DNA from: Epithemia pelagica
Taxonomy: Eukaryota > Protista > Bacillariophyta
Direction: 5' to 3'
DNA length: 64,000 nucleotides
Assembly (NCBI GenBank): GCA_946965045.2
Contig: OX337228.1
Location: 3,782,001 to 3,846,000, forward strand
The notes under the pieces are model-generated. The model was not told the origin of the DNA, did no database searches, and saw only the letters and a list, made by a program, of their open reading frames with translations. The translations under genes were made by a program, and so were the position numbers. Below are positions 45,927 to 57,754 of this stretch, piece after piece (position 1 is the stretch's first letter; every line of letters begins with the position of its first letter).

Positions 45927-48047
45927 ATGGCGTGGCGCAGTAGTGGATCGAACAACGATGAGATGGTGGACAACCTCAAAAGTAAGTGACGCGTAATTCT
46001 CGTTCCACAGAACAATGGAACAATATGTCGGGGAATGGTGATTGGATTCGACAAAATATCTTCGAGATTGCCTCTAGAGAGCCAAGATTCATCTCTCTTG
46101 CCGTCTTGTGCCATCGGTGGCCCTGGAAACGAACCCCGGGAATGGATCCATTGGATGGAATTCATCTGGATGTGACGTATCCATCAAGTTGAGGTTTTCT
46201 GGAGTTCGGAATTCTTCTCGCATATGCCGTGGCCAGAAGTTGCTGATGAGGTTGGTTAGTCTAAACTCAACACGTTGAGCCTCCTTGGTTCATACCATTG
46301 AAGAATCCTGAATGAAAGGTTCTCCTCCAGAAGAATTCTTTCTGGATATCTTTCGTGGTGAATCTCGTATTTACTCGCAGAAGCACGTCTCGCGCCGAGT
46401 TTCTTTACCACTCTCACCATTCTTAATATTCTCTTCTCTTGCAGGATATGGTGTGATTCATAGCCAAGCTGTAGAAGATGCTTTTCGTGCTGTGGATCGC
46501 AGGTTCTTTCTCCCCAAGGTACGGACTCGTTCTTATTTGTTTCTGCTTTGTACTGTTACTTTTGCTGACAAACCATGACCTTTTTGCGCTTATTTTTGTT
46601 GACAGGGCCTCCGCTCTCTTGCTCATACAGATCAACCCTTGAAGGATGGAAATATTCATATATCGGCCCCTCATATATATGGTAGCGTCGTGGAAGCCCT
46701 GGAACTGTCACCGTCCTCATCGATGAGCTTCTTGAATCTCGGCTGTGGAACGGGATATTTGAGCTCCTTGGTCGCCAAAATTTTGGGCCCGTCGTCGCGG
46801 CATGTGGGTATCGATGTTCATAATGAAGTTGTGGAGCATTGTCGCCAATCCATTCGAGAGTGGAAAGAAGCATCCGCGCTCGATCTACCTCCCATTGACA
46901 TTCTCCTCGGAAATGCACTGCATATAGATACGGACAAGGGAGAAGCCCTTACCGGATTTGATCGGATTTACGTTGGTGCTTCTGTTGAAAGGCGAAAGTT
47001 ACATACCATTGTGAAGATGCTTCGTCTTGGTGGAATCTTTGTCGGCCCTGGTACGTTCTAAATGCGCTCGGTGGGAACCAACAGTTGGTCCACAAGGCTC
47101 ACCATGTTTCTTTTTGACAAATAGTGGATGATGAACTTGTAAAAGTTATCAGGATTTCCGAATCTGATGATGAAAGTACTGATGTTCCTTCCATACCACG
47201 GAGTCTACGAGGCCACGTCCCTCCTCTGTCATCAAATTTCTTGATGCAAGTCATCTCGAGCGTACGATTTACTCCACTTTTGAATAGTCCCGTATTGCAC
47301 ACTGAAATTCCTAGTCAGGTATGGGAACCGTCCATTCATCAACACTATCCAGAAAGCTTCCGTCGTTCGTGCAAAGAAATCCTGCTGTGTTCTCATGCTC
47401 CAACATATCAACCGCCCCCGGCACAAGTGCATGTCCAACACAGAACCAATACAGCGGCAACGCTTCCTCGAGCGATATGGATAGAAATACTTTCTTATAC
47501 AGATCGAACATGGTTTGAGAAGCCCCGTACAGCGGATGAAAGTCTATTACGACGACGATTGCTCGAAGAACAGGCCGCGGCACGTCGCGCTCAGGAGGCT
47601 CGTCTCCAAGCAGAGTCGCGCCTTCAGTTGGTGGAACGGGAAAGAGAAGTCTATCGACTGCTTGCATTGCGATGGCAATCACGTCTTCAAGGAATTATGC
47701 GCGAACGGGGCGGGCTCCAAGACGACGACTCCATGGTGGACTTGGACGATTATGCAGAAATCGCACGGTCGACCGCTTCCTTGTCCAACGAACCTCTGAT
47801 GCTGAGGCTAGGGACTCTGTCGGCTCTCATCCGCCAATTCCAGAGGGATAGCGATAACGAAGAGGAGGAAGAAGAAGCATTTCCAGATGGGGAGGATAGC
47901 GAGTCAGACAATATGGATGATGAAGACTTAGATGACGACGATGTTGGAGACAGCGACGAAGCGATGTCCGTGACGGCAGATTCTTCTCCCGCGATGAATC
48001 TTGGTCGTCCGGCGCAAGCTGTACCTATTTCGAGAAGCGATAGTTGA
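45927..48047 (+). CDS. Protein-L-isoaspartate O-methyltransferase domain protein (PCMT/PCMTD-like) with C-terminal extension; 4 exons (45927-45981, 46445-46518, 46606-47050, 47125-48047)
   Basis: Spliced MAWRSSGSNNDEMVDNLKRYGVI...AFRAVDR...HISAPHIY...LNLGCGTGY...FDRIYVGA; three in-frame GT-AG introns. Confidence 0.85.
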
Positions 48048-48241
48048 GGTATTACTTTGTGAGTGAATCCAGTGTGGTCGAGTATAGATCGGCATCAGAC
48101 GTTCTTTATATAGCACATTCATATTTATCACATAATCATATCATTCAGGTCAAGATCTTGTGAAAATACATGACTGGAATATCCTTGCGTTTATGTTCAA
48201 ATTATTATTGCTTATTGTACAAGCAATCAAGTTTCATCTAT

Positions 48242-51200
48242 CTAATCCTTTAGGGGTTCGAAATGCACTGAGACCAAGTTGGTGTTGGAGAAGTCTGTGA
48301 AACTCTTGGATTTACGTCGGTCCAGTTTGATCGACTGCTCATCCCGCTGATGTAGTCCCGTTTCGTGATTTTGAGTACTCGGGTGGCTGTCGCTCGTCGC
48401 ATTCGATGGTGACTTCAGATTTCCTGTACTTCCATGGTTACCAGTTTTCCGATAGTAAAACTTTGCCATGCTGGTCGTCTTTAGATAACCCTTTTGCAAA
48501 TCAATTGTGCCGTCACTTGTCGAACGATTTTGAGCAGAAATGCCCATCTCAGGATGATGCATCTTGGGAAGCTCAGCCTGAACTTCTCCTGGTTCTTGTT
48601 GCTGGGTCCCGTCTTCTTCAATGAATAACCCTGATGCCTCGGAGTGAGTACGGGCAAGGTTTCCCGAAGAACGATTTCCTCGTAAACCCATTCCCGCCCA
48701 GCCCGAGTTGATGGTAATCTCTGTGAGTGCAGCAGGAGCGGGTTTTGTATGTTTGGGGCCCTTTGACATCAAATCCTCCTTCTGTTTGGCAAGATCCGCT
48801 TCCAACTCTCCTTCTTTGGTTGGTTGATCTGTGATGGCAAGTCCTCCGAGGTTTGCCAGACTTGGGCTGGCAAAAAAACTTGGCACACGATCACCCAATT
48901 TCTCGCCCGTACTCTTGGAGAGAATCGAGTGCTTCTGCCATGACTCCAAGACAAGCTTCTTCCGTAATCTCTGAACACATCGGTCCAGTGTAATCTCCTC
49001 GGCAATGTGGCTCTTAATGGCCGGTATATGAGCCCATGTTTCACGTTCAGCAGCTTGCATCCATTCCCTAAATTCAGCTTCACTAGGGTTGTAGATTGTG
49101 TGAAGAAGCGCACTTGCAAGGCCTCGATGGTTTAACCAGGGAATCAAGGACACATCAGAGGAACGTCCCTCGTATTCTTGTGTGAAGAACTGCGTCGGCA
49201 AACCTCGATGCTCATCGAGGAAGGGGGTCCAGCGTTTGATTCCAATGCACTCGACAAGATTAGCAAGCCATGATCTTGCTTGATCCTTCAAGAAGGTCAT
49301 GATAGATTGGACAACAGCAGAGAACGGACTGGTCCACACAGTTTTCTTTTGATTGTAGGAAGCAAACATGACTGCATGAGGATTGGCCTGACTGATAATG
49401 AAGTGATTCACGTTGAACATTTCGGAGAGTTGCTGCATGGGTAAGTCACTTTCCATAGATCCGTCAAAAAATGCTTGACCACCTCCACTTTCGTAGCGTT
49501 CCCAGCCATCCGCCTCTTTCACAACGAGACGGTTGGCTTCGAACACACCAGGCAATGAACTACTTGCCACGGCGGCGGACCACACAAGAACGTGAGGAGC
49601 GGTGAGATAGTTCAACAAACGTGGTGGGTCGTTCTTATTCTTTGGAGTTACAATAATGTTGAGAATACGCCCCGTGCGATCAAAGGCTTCTTGAAACGTG
49701 AAATTTCCAACCTTGAATGACGCAACAATGTGAGCAATAAAGCAACATGCGAGCAGTGTCTTCGTCATGAACTTACATTGGCTCGAACGCACTCCCGAAA
49801 GTGGTTCGTATCGTGTTTGAACAAATCTTGAGCTCGGGTGTTGAAAGTGACAACATTGTACACAAACGATGAAAAATGCCGCAGAGGCCAAGGAACCAGA
49901 CCTTGAACTGTCCTCTTCACATCCCGAAAGGCTCCTGCAGTGTTGGTATAAACCTCCCAAAAACTTCCTTGTCGTTGAGGGTGGCTGGATTCCTGATCTG
50001 TCTTGATTTCATTGACGGGTCGGAAAAAGTTCAAGGCCAGACGACCCGAATGTCCTGGTGCATGCGACCCTTTGACATCGTAAAGGTCGTTGACGCATTC
50101 TTCGTCCGTTCTTGTGCCTATCATGGCGCAGAGAATGGACCTACAATCACATGGTAAGAGACGCACGTTCGATTTCCCGCGGTAGCAGATTGTACTTACC
50201 CTGCTGAAGCTCCCCCAATGACACGAGGCATGAGACCATTATTCATGAGCGTTTTGACGACACCGGCATGGTAAAAGCCCAGTGCTGCTCCACCCGACAA
50301 GAGAAGTGCTGTGCGACCATAGGAGTGTCGTGTTTCATTGAAAAAGGCCAGACGGGCTTCCGTTGGAATGGGATCTTCTCCGGGAAGGACATCGGAATCA
50401 CAGACAAAATCCAAAGCAGCACACACTACGTTGTGATAGGATTCCACCAAGACCTTACTTCCCGCTGAAAGCACCAGTCGAAAAGAATTGGAGAAAATGA
50501 GAAGTGAGACTCTCTAGAAAGTCATCAGACCCAGCAAGGTATCAGACCAAGACTGCACGTACCCAACGCTTGGGAAAAAAGTCCCTCATGGAGTAATCCA
50601 AATTTATTGCGACCAATACTCCCACTGCAAGGCAGTTGAGAATGACAACAACCATGTCAGAGATCGGTACTTAGATATGCGCTCCAGTTTTGGCGACTGT
50701 ACGTACCGCAAGACAAACATGAGCTCAAAGATATCTTGTCGTCTCATGAGATGGACGTATTCGTCAATGCGTGCACAAATACGGTCTCGTTCATAGAGTG
50801 GACAATTGGGATCACTCCTCCACACGTCGTTTCCCTGGATACGATCGATACGTTCGGCAACATCCATCCAGTCATCTTGTGTGACTGTCTTTTGCTGTTC
50901 ATGTCGGAGTTGTCGTATCATGCGTGTACGGCTGCTAAAATTGCCCAGAATGGATTGAATGATACCGGTGACCTGGTGGACGGTTACAATCCCCGTTTCC
51001 AAAGCAAGCAATAATACCAATTGTTTGGCTATCGTCGTTGGCATAAAGACTGTCTCAATCAGATCAAGTGTTGCTTTCTTGATCAGAGGGAAGTTCGCAA
51101 TGAGAAACGAGGCGACTCTGCCATTTTCCAGATGAAGAAGTAGTCATGCGTTAGTGAGAATGGTTCAACATCTCTCGTGGCGGTCTCCCTCCAAATGTCA

Positions 51201-51279
51201 AAGATCTAACTTACTCATCAAGCACCTTTTGCGCGAGTTCCGCCCTTGGATCTTGCATTTTGTTTCCCGTCGACGTCAT
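48242..51279 (-). CDS. Patatin-like triacylglycerol lipase (TGL3/4, SDP1-like), multi-exon
   Basis: DUF3336-like W..VAERIDRIQGNDVWR, GRTALLLSGGAALGFYH, GASAG|S nucleophile split by an intron, RLLNYLTAPHVLVWSA, FFDGS; first exon MTSTGNKMQDPRAELAQKVLD from 51279. Confidence 0.88.
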
Positions 51280-51720
51280 GTTCGGTTCTGTGTTCTGGTC
51301 AATTTCACCAAAAGCACAACAGTCAGTGTTGGTTCGGTTTTTGGTTTCGTGACAAGGTCGTTTTTTCTGCTGGTATCAAGACACACGAAGCAAATGATTT
51401 GTGGGATCTAGTGTGGGCGCCGACAAGAAGACACAAGAGTGAAACGAGACATCAAAACACAACGGCATCCACAAATTTCATGCTTGATCTTGATGTCTTT
51501 ATTGCTCTCGGAAGTGCATCGTCATGATTCCGGTGTCAACCCTCACAAATTTTATGTCGCTTCTCCTACTCAACGCCAACAGTGGGTTTAGTCTCACTTT
51601 TTCTGTACAACGAAGAAATGTGGTTCCGAATGACCACGACTGGTGGTCGAAAGTGCGACCGACTGCAGGACGGACGAACCTCCACAACTGCCATTCATGT
51701 CGTTCCACATCTTCTGAACA

Positions 51721-53319
51721 ATGGGCGAAAGCAGCGACGATATCGGAATGATGAAAAACCTTCCTCGCAGCACGTTTGCTGTGATGGTGCATAAGTTGTT
51801 TCAGAATCGTGTGCAAGACTTTTTATCGACCTCTCCGAAGGAACGGCTTCAACTTTTACATCAGAATATCAAGGATGCGAAGCCAAAGAAGGACACGGCG
51901 GTGGAGGTATTGGATTGTCCTCCCGTTGCTGGTGTCAGTCGATCTCGTCGAGGATATATTCTCTTGTTGCTTCGTGACACGGTGGACGAGTCGACCGTGA
52001 TTCAATTGTCTCCGTTGGCACGACAAAATATATCCTGGATGGCTCGAATCTCGCATTGCTCCCGTGTTCCCCTTGCGCCTCGAGACATTGACAACAACAA
52101 GCAGCAGCCGCTCTCGCTGGATCGCAGCCGTACGGTGGGAGACACTTTGTGGAAATCCTTGACTGGAACCCATGGGTATGTCGTGGACAAGGATGTCTTG
52201 CGTGTAGGAGTTCATCCACGAACGGAAATGGAGTTTGTGTGTCGATCCCTGCAACGTGCCGCAATTCGCCAACAAGAACCTGTCCATTCGGCGGGTGCCA
52301 CACCGGTAACAATTGATCCCAACGATGAGTATGACGGTCCGATTGACCTGACGCCTTCGCGGACCAAATGTACCTTTCGAATCACGGTCGTCTTTCAACC
52401 CATGGACGATCCAAACAGTAACACAGCAATTACTACTACTCGGTCTACGGATTCCAGTACACCACCACAACCACACCAGTTTCAAAACATCTTTTGGGGT
52501 GTCGACAGCCGTCCCCCACACAATGCATTGATTGACCTTCGACTCAATCATGAGGCCACTGAAGAGATTCCGGTGATACCCTCGGACAATAGCACAGGGC
52601 AGGATTTGAAGCATGGTCGGAAACGAACTGTAAATAGTCACAGCGATACAGTAACACCAGCCGCCATGGTCACGACACCCCTTTCTCGAGCCTACTACAA
52701 GCTCGAACAAGTGTACAAGGACTATCTACAGCAATTTCCACCACAGGATCGGCACTGGCAAAATTGCATGGGTCTAGACTTGGGAGCAAGTCCAGGTGGG
52801 TGGACCCAAGTGTTGGTGCACTTGCTGGGTCTTTCTAAAGTAGTGTCAGTGGATGCGGCAGCCTTGGCAGATCGCGTCACGCGGTTGCCTCAAGTGACGC
52901 ACATTCGGTCCAAAATGCAAGAGTTGGAGTCCTCGTCCTGTCCCAAGGGCCCCTATTCTATTATTGTGTGCGATGCCTGCGTCTTGTGGATGGAATTGTT
53001 TGTCTTGTTGAAAGAAAAGGTCTTGCCCTGCATTCAATGTTGTTTGCCCTCGACATGGGTCATGACCATGAAATTGCCATTTCGAAGTACGGGAAGCATT
53101 CGACGTCACATTCAATCGTTACAAGAACAACTGGATACGACTTTGGACGAAATGGCCCGCATCTTGTTTCCTCAACAGGAGGAAAAGGAGCAATCGCGGG
53201 TGCGCTGTACATGGCAGTTGGTCCATTTAATGGCCAATTCAGACAGTGAACGGACCTTGCTGGTCCACTTCCAGCAAGCCACTGCCACCAACACTTCGTC
53301 TACCCAAGCTGGAAAGTGA
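51721..53319 (+). CDS. FtsJ/RlmM-like 2'-O-ribose RNA methyltransferase
   Basis: PLSRAYYKLEQ, GLDLGASPGGWTQVL SAM-binding motif, IVCDAC, MTMKLP. Confidence 0.78.
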   Translation: MGESSDDIGMMKNLPRSTFAVMVHKLFQNRVQDFLSTSPKERLQLLHQNIKDAKPKKDTAVEVLDCPPVAGVSRSRRGYILLLLRDTVDESTVIQLSPLARQNISWMARISHCSRVPLAPRDIDNNKQQPLSLDRSRTVGDTLWKSLTGTHGYVVDKDVLRVGVHPRTEMEFVCRSLQRAAIRQQEPVHSAGATPVTIDPNDEYDGPIDLTPSRTKCTFRITVVFQPMDDPNSNTAITTTRSTDSSTPPQPHQFQNIFWGVDSRPPHNALIDLRLNHEATEEIPVIPSDNSTGQDLKHGRKRTVNSHSDTVTPAAMVTTPLSRAYYKLEQVYKDYLQQFPPQDRHWQNCMGLDLGASPGGWTQVLVHLLGLSKVVSVDAAALADRVTRLPQVTHIRSKMQELESSSCPKGPYSIIVCDACVLWMELFVLLKEKVLPCIQCCLPSTWVMTMKLPFRSTGSIRRHIQSLQEQLDTTLDEMARILFPQQEEKEQSRVRCTWQLVHLMANSDSERTLLVHFQQATATNTSSTQAGK

Positions 53320-53530
53320 CAACGGGCTTGGAAGCAAACAAAGTCGCAACATATCGCGCCCGTCGCGCGACTGTGACGAAACTCAAGCGTCGTCTCTCTA
53401 ATTTTCTGTATATTTCTTCCTTGCATTCGTCGACTATGACCGCTTGGGCGTGATTTTTTCATACCAACAGCGATGGAGGGAACGATACAATCAACGATCA
53501 CCTTCTCACAAATCATGCCGAGTGGTCTCT

Positions 53531-55219
53531 ATGAACACTTTGAACACTTCTGCAAAGACATTCGACATGGTGGAACCCTGTCAACAGTGTAAGACAATCT
53601 TGGTTCCATCCGATAGTGGGATATGCAAGAATTGTGCTTCCAGCATCCTGTGTGCATTGAAACCGCCTTCCTCACCATCGAAACCGCCTTCCTCACCATC
53701 AGTGGAGGGAACACGAGGAAAAAATGACAATGTCACCACCTACACGATTGTTTCAGACGAGAAGGTCGAAGAGGTCATCTCTTTTCCCATATGGAACCCA
53801 AATAGTCAATTGGGTCATGGTTCAGAAACACGAGATGATCCGTTGCTCTTGTCTTCTATCTTTACCACAGAAGCCAGTCGCGGCGCAAGCACACTCGAAG
53901 ATTTGGTTGGATATCCCGAACGAAAGCCAAAGGCACTCAAGACAGGACACCCGTATTCGAACTCTCCGGATAGTGCAACATCTGTACCAGCCGCGTGGCC
54001 AGACCCCGTCAGAATCGAAGAACATCTAGGTATCGACATCCCCCAGGCACCATTAGCGTCCTCGTCAAGCACGACATACTCCTCTCAGTACCCCGACTCT
54101 CGCAAACGTATGCGAGAGGCTGAACAAGACACCAACATGTCGGTCTGCCAGGCAGTTTCGTGTCTCGTCCAACCTTTGACGACAACAAAAGCGCTCAATT
54201 TACCGTTTATCCAAGGCGGATGGCAAGATCAAAAGACATTCTCCAATCAGATTGAAAATATGAGTTTACCCCACGAGCTGCGACGAGCCTCGGCCCGTTC
54301 TATGTTTCTCAGACTGCTCTTTCGAATGACCTCTAAGAGGGTGAATGAACTCCGCGTAATATTTGAACGCAACTGCAACGTGAAGCGCATTTCATTATGG
54401 ACTTTTCTGGAGAGATTTTCGAAACAACCTGAGATTGAAGGAACTTTAGAAGCAAACAAAGATCGATGCAAAAGATTTGATGCGTCAGCTCGGAACAAAG
54501 GCGCTCTTGAGCGCATGAGAAACATTTTCGGTAAGGATAAGTGGGATATCCTACAGAGAAACATAGACGCCCACCGACAGAAGGTCTTCTTCCAACAATG
54601 GTTGGACTCAACAAAACCTCTCCAAGATGAAGAATCATGCTTGGGAATCTTTTGCCCTATCTGTTGCAATCGTTTCAGTCCAAAGGACACGTTGTCTTGT
54701 AATCAAGGAGATCACTCCATTTGCGTCACATGTTTCCATCGCTACGTTACGGAGACCATACGAGTTCAAAGTCTGTCCACTGTGTCATGTCTACATCCTA
54801 GGTGTCATGGTGTCTTTTCAATCGACGACACTCGACGTTGTTTATCTCAGTGGGATCAGCTGCGTATTGAAGAACGTGAAGAGGAAGTCAATGTTCGCGT
54901 TGCGCTGGCCTCCCAAACCTTGGTGGAGTGCAAGTGCGGTTTTGTTGGAGTCGTTCAACATGCTGAAGGCATGGGCGACAAGGTATGTTGTCCCTGTTGC
55001 CTATTGGATTATTGCGCAAAATGTGGAAACGAACACCACCAAGGACAAGATTGTCGGGCTCCGCCACGAACAATGAAATGGGTCAGACGCAATACGAAAT
55101 CTTGTCCCAACTGCGCGTTTCCTATTGAGAAAAATGGAGGCTGCAATCACATGTTTTGCCCTCCACCTTTTGGTTGCGGGACCCATTTCAATTACGAAAG
55201 CGGTAATATCCTTTCTTGA
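53531..55219 (+). CDS. RBR (RING1-IBR-RING2) E3 ubiquitin ligase
   Basis: CPICC...C.QGDH.IC..C RING1, IBR (CKCG...CPCC...YCAKC...HHQGQDC), RING2 TKSCPNCAFPIEKNGGCNHMFC with catalytic Cys. Confidence 0.85.
   Translation: MNTLNTSAKTFDMVEPCQQCKTILVPSDSGICKNCASSILCALKPPSSPSKPPSSPSVEGTRGKNDNVTTYTIVSDEKVEEVISFPIWNPNSQLGHGSETRDDPLLLSSIFTTEASRGASTLEDLVGYPERKPKALKTGHPYSNSPDSATSVPAAWPDPVRIEEHLGIDIPQAPLASSSSTTYSSQYPDSRKRMREAEQDTNMSVCQAVSCLVQPLTTTKALNLPFIQGGWQDQKTFSNQIENMSLPHELRRASARSMFLRLLFRMTSKRVNELRVIFERNCNVKRISLWTFLERFSKQPEIEGTLEANKDRCKRFDASARNKGALERMRNIFGKDKWDILQRNIDAHRQKVFFQQWLDSTKPLQDEESCLGIFCPICCNRFSPKDTLSCNQGDHSICVTCFHRYVTETIRVQSLSTVSCLHPRCHGVFSIDDTRRCLSQWDQLRIEEREEEVNVRVALASQTLVECKCGFVGVVQHAEGMGDKVCCPCCLLDYCAKCGNEHHQGQDCRAPPRTMKWVRRNTKSCPNCAFPIEKNGGCNHMFCPPPFGCGTHFNYESGNILS
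53659..53700. repeat. Perfect 21-bp in-frame tandem duplication (KPPSSPS x2) inside the RBR gene
   Basis: GAAACCGCCTTCCTCACCATC repeated twice. Confidence 0.9.
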
Positions 55220-55379
55220 TGTCTGCATGATCCCTTCTTGACAGAATCTGAAGGATGGATGTACAACATTTCCACACAGAAAGGGTGGGCAAATGACAAC
55301 CAATAGCTTCCTTAGTTTTACAAACAGTGAAACAATTATTTAGCACCACATCTCTAGTACACACGTCATCGTAGATTTC

Positions 55380-57386
55380 TTATTGGCGAGAATAAAAGTC
55401 CATGAGAGAGGGCTGGCTGACCACCACTCTCATTGGAACATTGCTCGTAAAGACCATTGGGCCCAAGTCCTCTTCGGAAACACGCAGTGGAGCCATGGAG
55501 TTGTCGTCTGCAGTATCCTCGCCAACCTCGGTTTCGTCTGCATCCTTCTCCATTCCCTCCTGGTCCAATTCCACTATTCCTGTCATTGGCGATATACAGG
55601 TAAACGTGACCAAACAACCAACAAACGACAGGAGAGCACAGGCAAGGAAAACAGTTTCTTGTCCAAACCGATTTGTCGCTGCCACAAAGACAATGGTACC
55701 AAGAAAGGCCCCCGCTTTCCCCATGGCGGCACATACTCCATTCAAGGTAGATCTGCAGTGTCGAGAAAACGTCATGGAGGGTAGCATAAATGTGGTGGCA
55801 TTGGGACCGTAATTGCTAAAAAAGAAGGTGGCACCATAAGTCAACAGCAGCATCGCCTTGTGTCCAGCCAACTCGTCAAAGAGTATCCCAATAATCAAAT
55901 ATAGCAGACCCATGATGAAGAAGCCTTGTATTTGTATGAGCCACGGGCTTTGTCGTCCAACGGCAAAGACGCTGACAAAGTATCCCGGGAGTGCCAAGAG
56001 GGCCAGGAGCGTTGTGTCTTGTGCAGATTTGGCAACCGTCTCGGCCGAACCAAACGCCGCTGACAACACCACGGGTTGAAATAGTGTGTTGCCGTAAAAG
56101 AGAATATCAAAGAGCAACCAACAACCACCAGTACCGAGAAGCTTCCGAAAGAGATCTGGCTCACTGCCAATAGCGTCGACGACAGATACCGGGACCAAAC
56201 GACGAATGGGAACAGAGGAACCTGACGAATAGGATGCCGAAGACGAAAAGTTATGTTGTTCCACGTCCTTTGAAACAAGAGCTTTGGCAGGATATTTTGC
56301 ATTATCTGCGGGGTGTTTGGCTCGTTCTTTTTGCAGTTTGTGTCTTTGAATACTTTGCAAACGTCGTGCCGTCAACAGAATTCCTGGTACAGCGCCTAAT
56401 CCCAAAATGATTCTCCAAGACAGATCCGACTCTTGTCCAAACAGGGAAACCACAATCCATGTGACAATGGGGACGGACAAGTACCCCACACCTTGAAAGG
56501 AAAAGGTGAGGGCCACCGACTTGGCACGATCTCGCTTGGATTGACTGGATTCTGCTGTGAGCGTCGCGGCCAATGGATACACTCCACCCGCACCAAGGCC
56601 CAGAATAAATCGAAAGACAGCCAACACATGGTAAATTGAAACGGACCATGGTTCTCCCATGGTCTCTACCGTAAACCCATGGGAGAGGGCCGAACACAAT
56701 GCCGCAGCTACTTGCAGAAACATGACAACTGCCATTGCTCGGTGACGGCCCAAGACATCACCCAACGTCCCACCTGCTAATTGTCCGACAATCATCCCAG
56801 CAATGAGAGCCGAGGAGCATAGAGATTCCAATGACTTGGACATGACGTCCATCTGATGATGATGATGATTGTGTGGATAGTAAATGGGGTGCATTATCTT
56901 GAGTGACAAACTGATACTCAAAATGTTGTAGGCGGTGGAGAAATTAGAGAGCATCGACAGTCGCAAATCGGCTGCTGCCGTGTTTCGCATTGTGCCACGT
57001 TTATCATTGCTCGTTTGAGTGTGGACTTCTCGAAACGGATTCTGTCGAAAGCCGAGCATGTCAAATAGCAGATCTGACCAAGACGTCGATGTCTCTTTTG
57101 GAGACTCATGTTCATGTCTTTGTTGCCGTTCTTCGGTGTACAACGATATGGAACAACCGTTGCGATTCTCGTGTCGTTCCAGCAGAGCGTCGGATTCATG
57201 CGACGAGGCCTCGGTGCTATTTGCAGCGCTCACTGACAGGACGTAATCGTTGCATACGTCGTCTTCCTCTTCAGGATAGGTACCAGCGAGTGGCAGAAAG
57301 TATTGTTCTCCTTCGACTGACCCAAAGTCACTGATTCTTTTGTTGTCGTCCGGTTGACAAGGAAATTCCGGAGAGGTCTTCATCAT
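55380..57386 (-). CDS. MFS inorganic phosphate transporter (PHO84/PHT1-like)
   Basis: GTLGDVLGR, FRFILGLGAGGVYPLAATL, AFSFQGVG-like, NYGPNATTF, RSTLNGVCAAMGKAGA; about 12 TM segments. Confidence 0.88.
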   Translation of the reverse strand: MMKTSPEFPCQPDDNKRISDFGSVEGEQYFLPLAGTYPEEEDDVCNDYVLSVSAANSTEASSHESDALLERHENRNGCSISLYTEERQQRHEHESPKETSTSWSDLLFDMLGFRQNPFREVHTQTSNDKRGTMRNTAAADLRLSMLSNFSTAYNILSISLSLKIMHPIYYPHNHHHHQMDVMSKSLESLCSSALIAGMIVGQLAGGTLGDVLGRHRAMAVVMFLQVAAALCSALSHGFTVETMGEPWSVSIYHVLAVFRFILGLGAGGVYPLAATLTAESSQSKRDRAKSVALTFSFQGVGYLSVPIVTWIVVSLFGQESDLSWRIILGLGAVPGILLTARRLQSIQRHKLQKERAKHPADNAKYPAKALVSKDVEQHNFSSSASYSSGSSVPIRRLVPVSVVDAIGSEPDLFRKLLGTGGCWLLFDILFYGNTLFQPVVLSAAFGSAETVAKSAQDTTLLALLALPGYFVSVFAVGRQSPWLIQIQGFFIMGLLYLIIGILFDELAGHKAMLLLTYGATFFFSNYGPNATTFMLPSMTFSRHCRSTLNGVCAAMGKAGAFLGTIVFVAATNRFGQETVFLACALLSFVGCLVTFTCISPMTGIVELDQEGMEKDADETEVGEDTADDNSMAPLRVSEEDLGPMVFTSNVPMRVVVSQPSLMDFYSRQ

Positions 57387-57754
57387 TGTGGCAAGCTCTG
57401 AAGCTGTTCAAAGAGGGCAACTATCTGCGCTCAAGAATCCTGAAGCAAGTGTTCCACTGGTGTTGATGTTGTTGACGTAGAGAGTTCATTTGATTGTCTT
57501 TGCTCTTCTCCCTTCCCCATTGAAGAAGAACCACGTTGACAACAGCCACCAGACAAAAGAAGGGACGACACGTACAGATACAGAGTGTGCGACCGAATCT
57601 CTCGAATCTTTTCCAGACGCGCGAGCGAGCCCATCCTCCACCCGAACCCTTGCCAAAAGCTACCCTACCTATGTTCAAAAGTGATCTTTCACTTCATCTG
57701 CCTCTAGTACAACACATAGGAGTAGTTGTTTTGCAAGCGTCTTTTGTCTTTTCT

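Noticed and set aside
46243-46320. Hammerhead ribozyme (CUGAUGA core)
   Set aside because: No stem II followed by GAAA and no compatible stems I/III or NUH cleavage triplet could be built.
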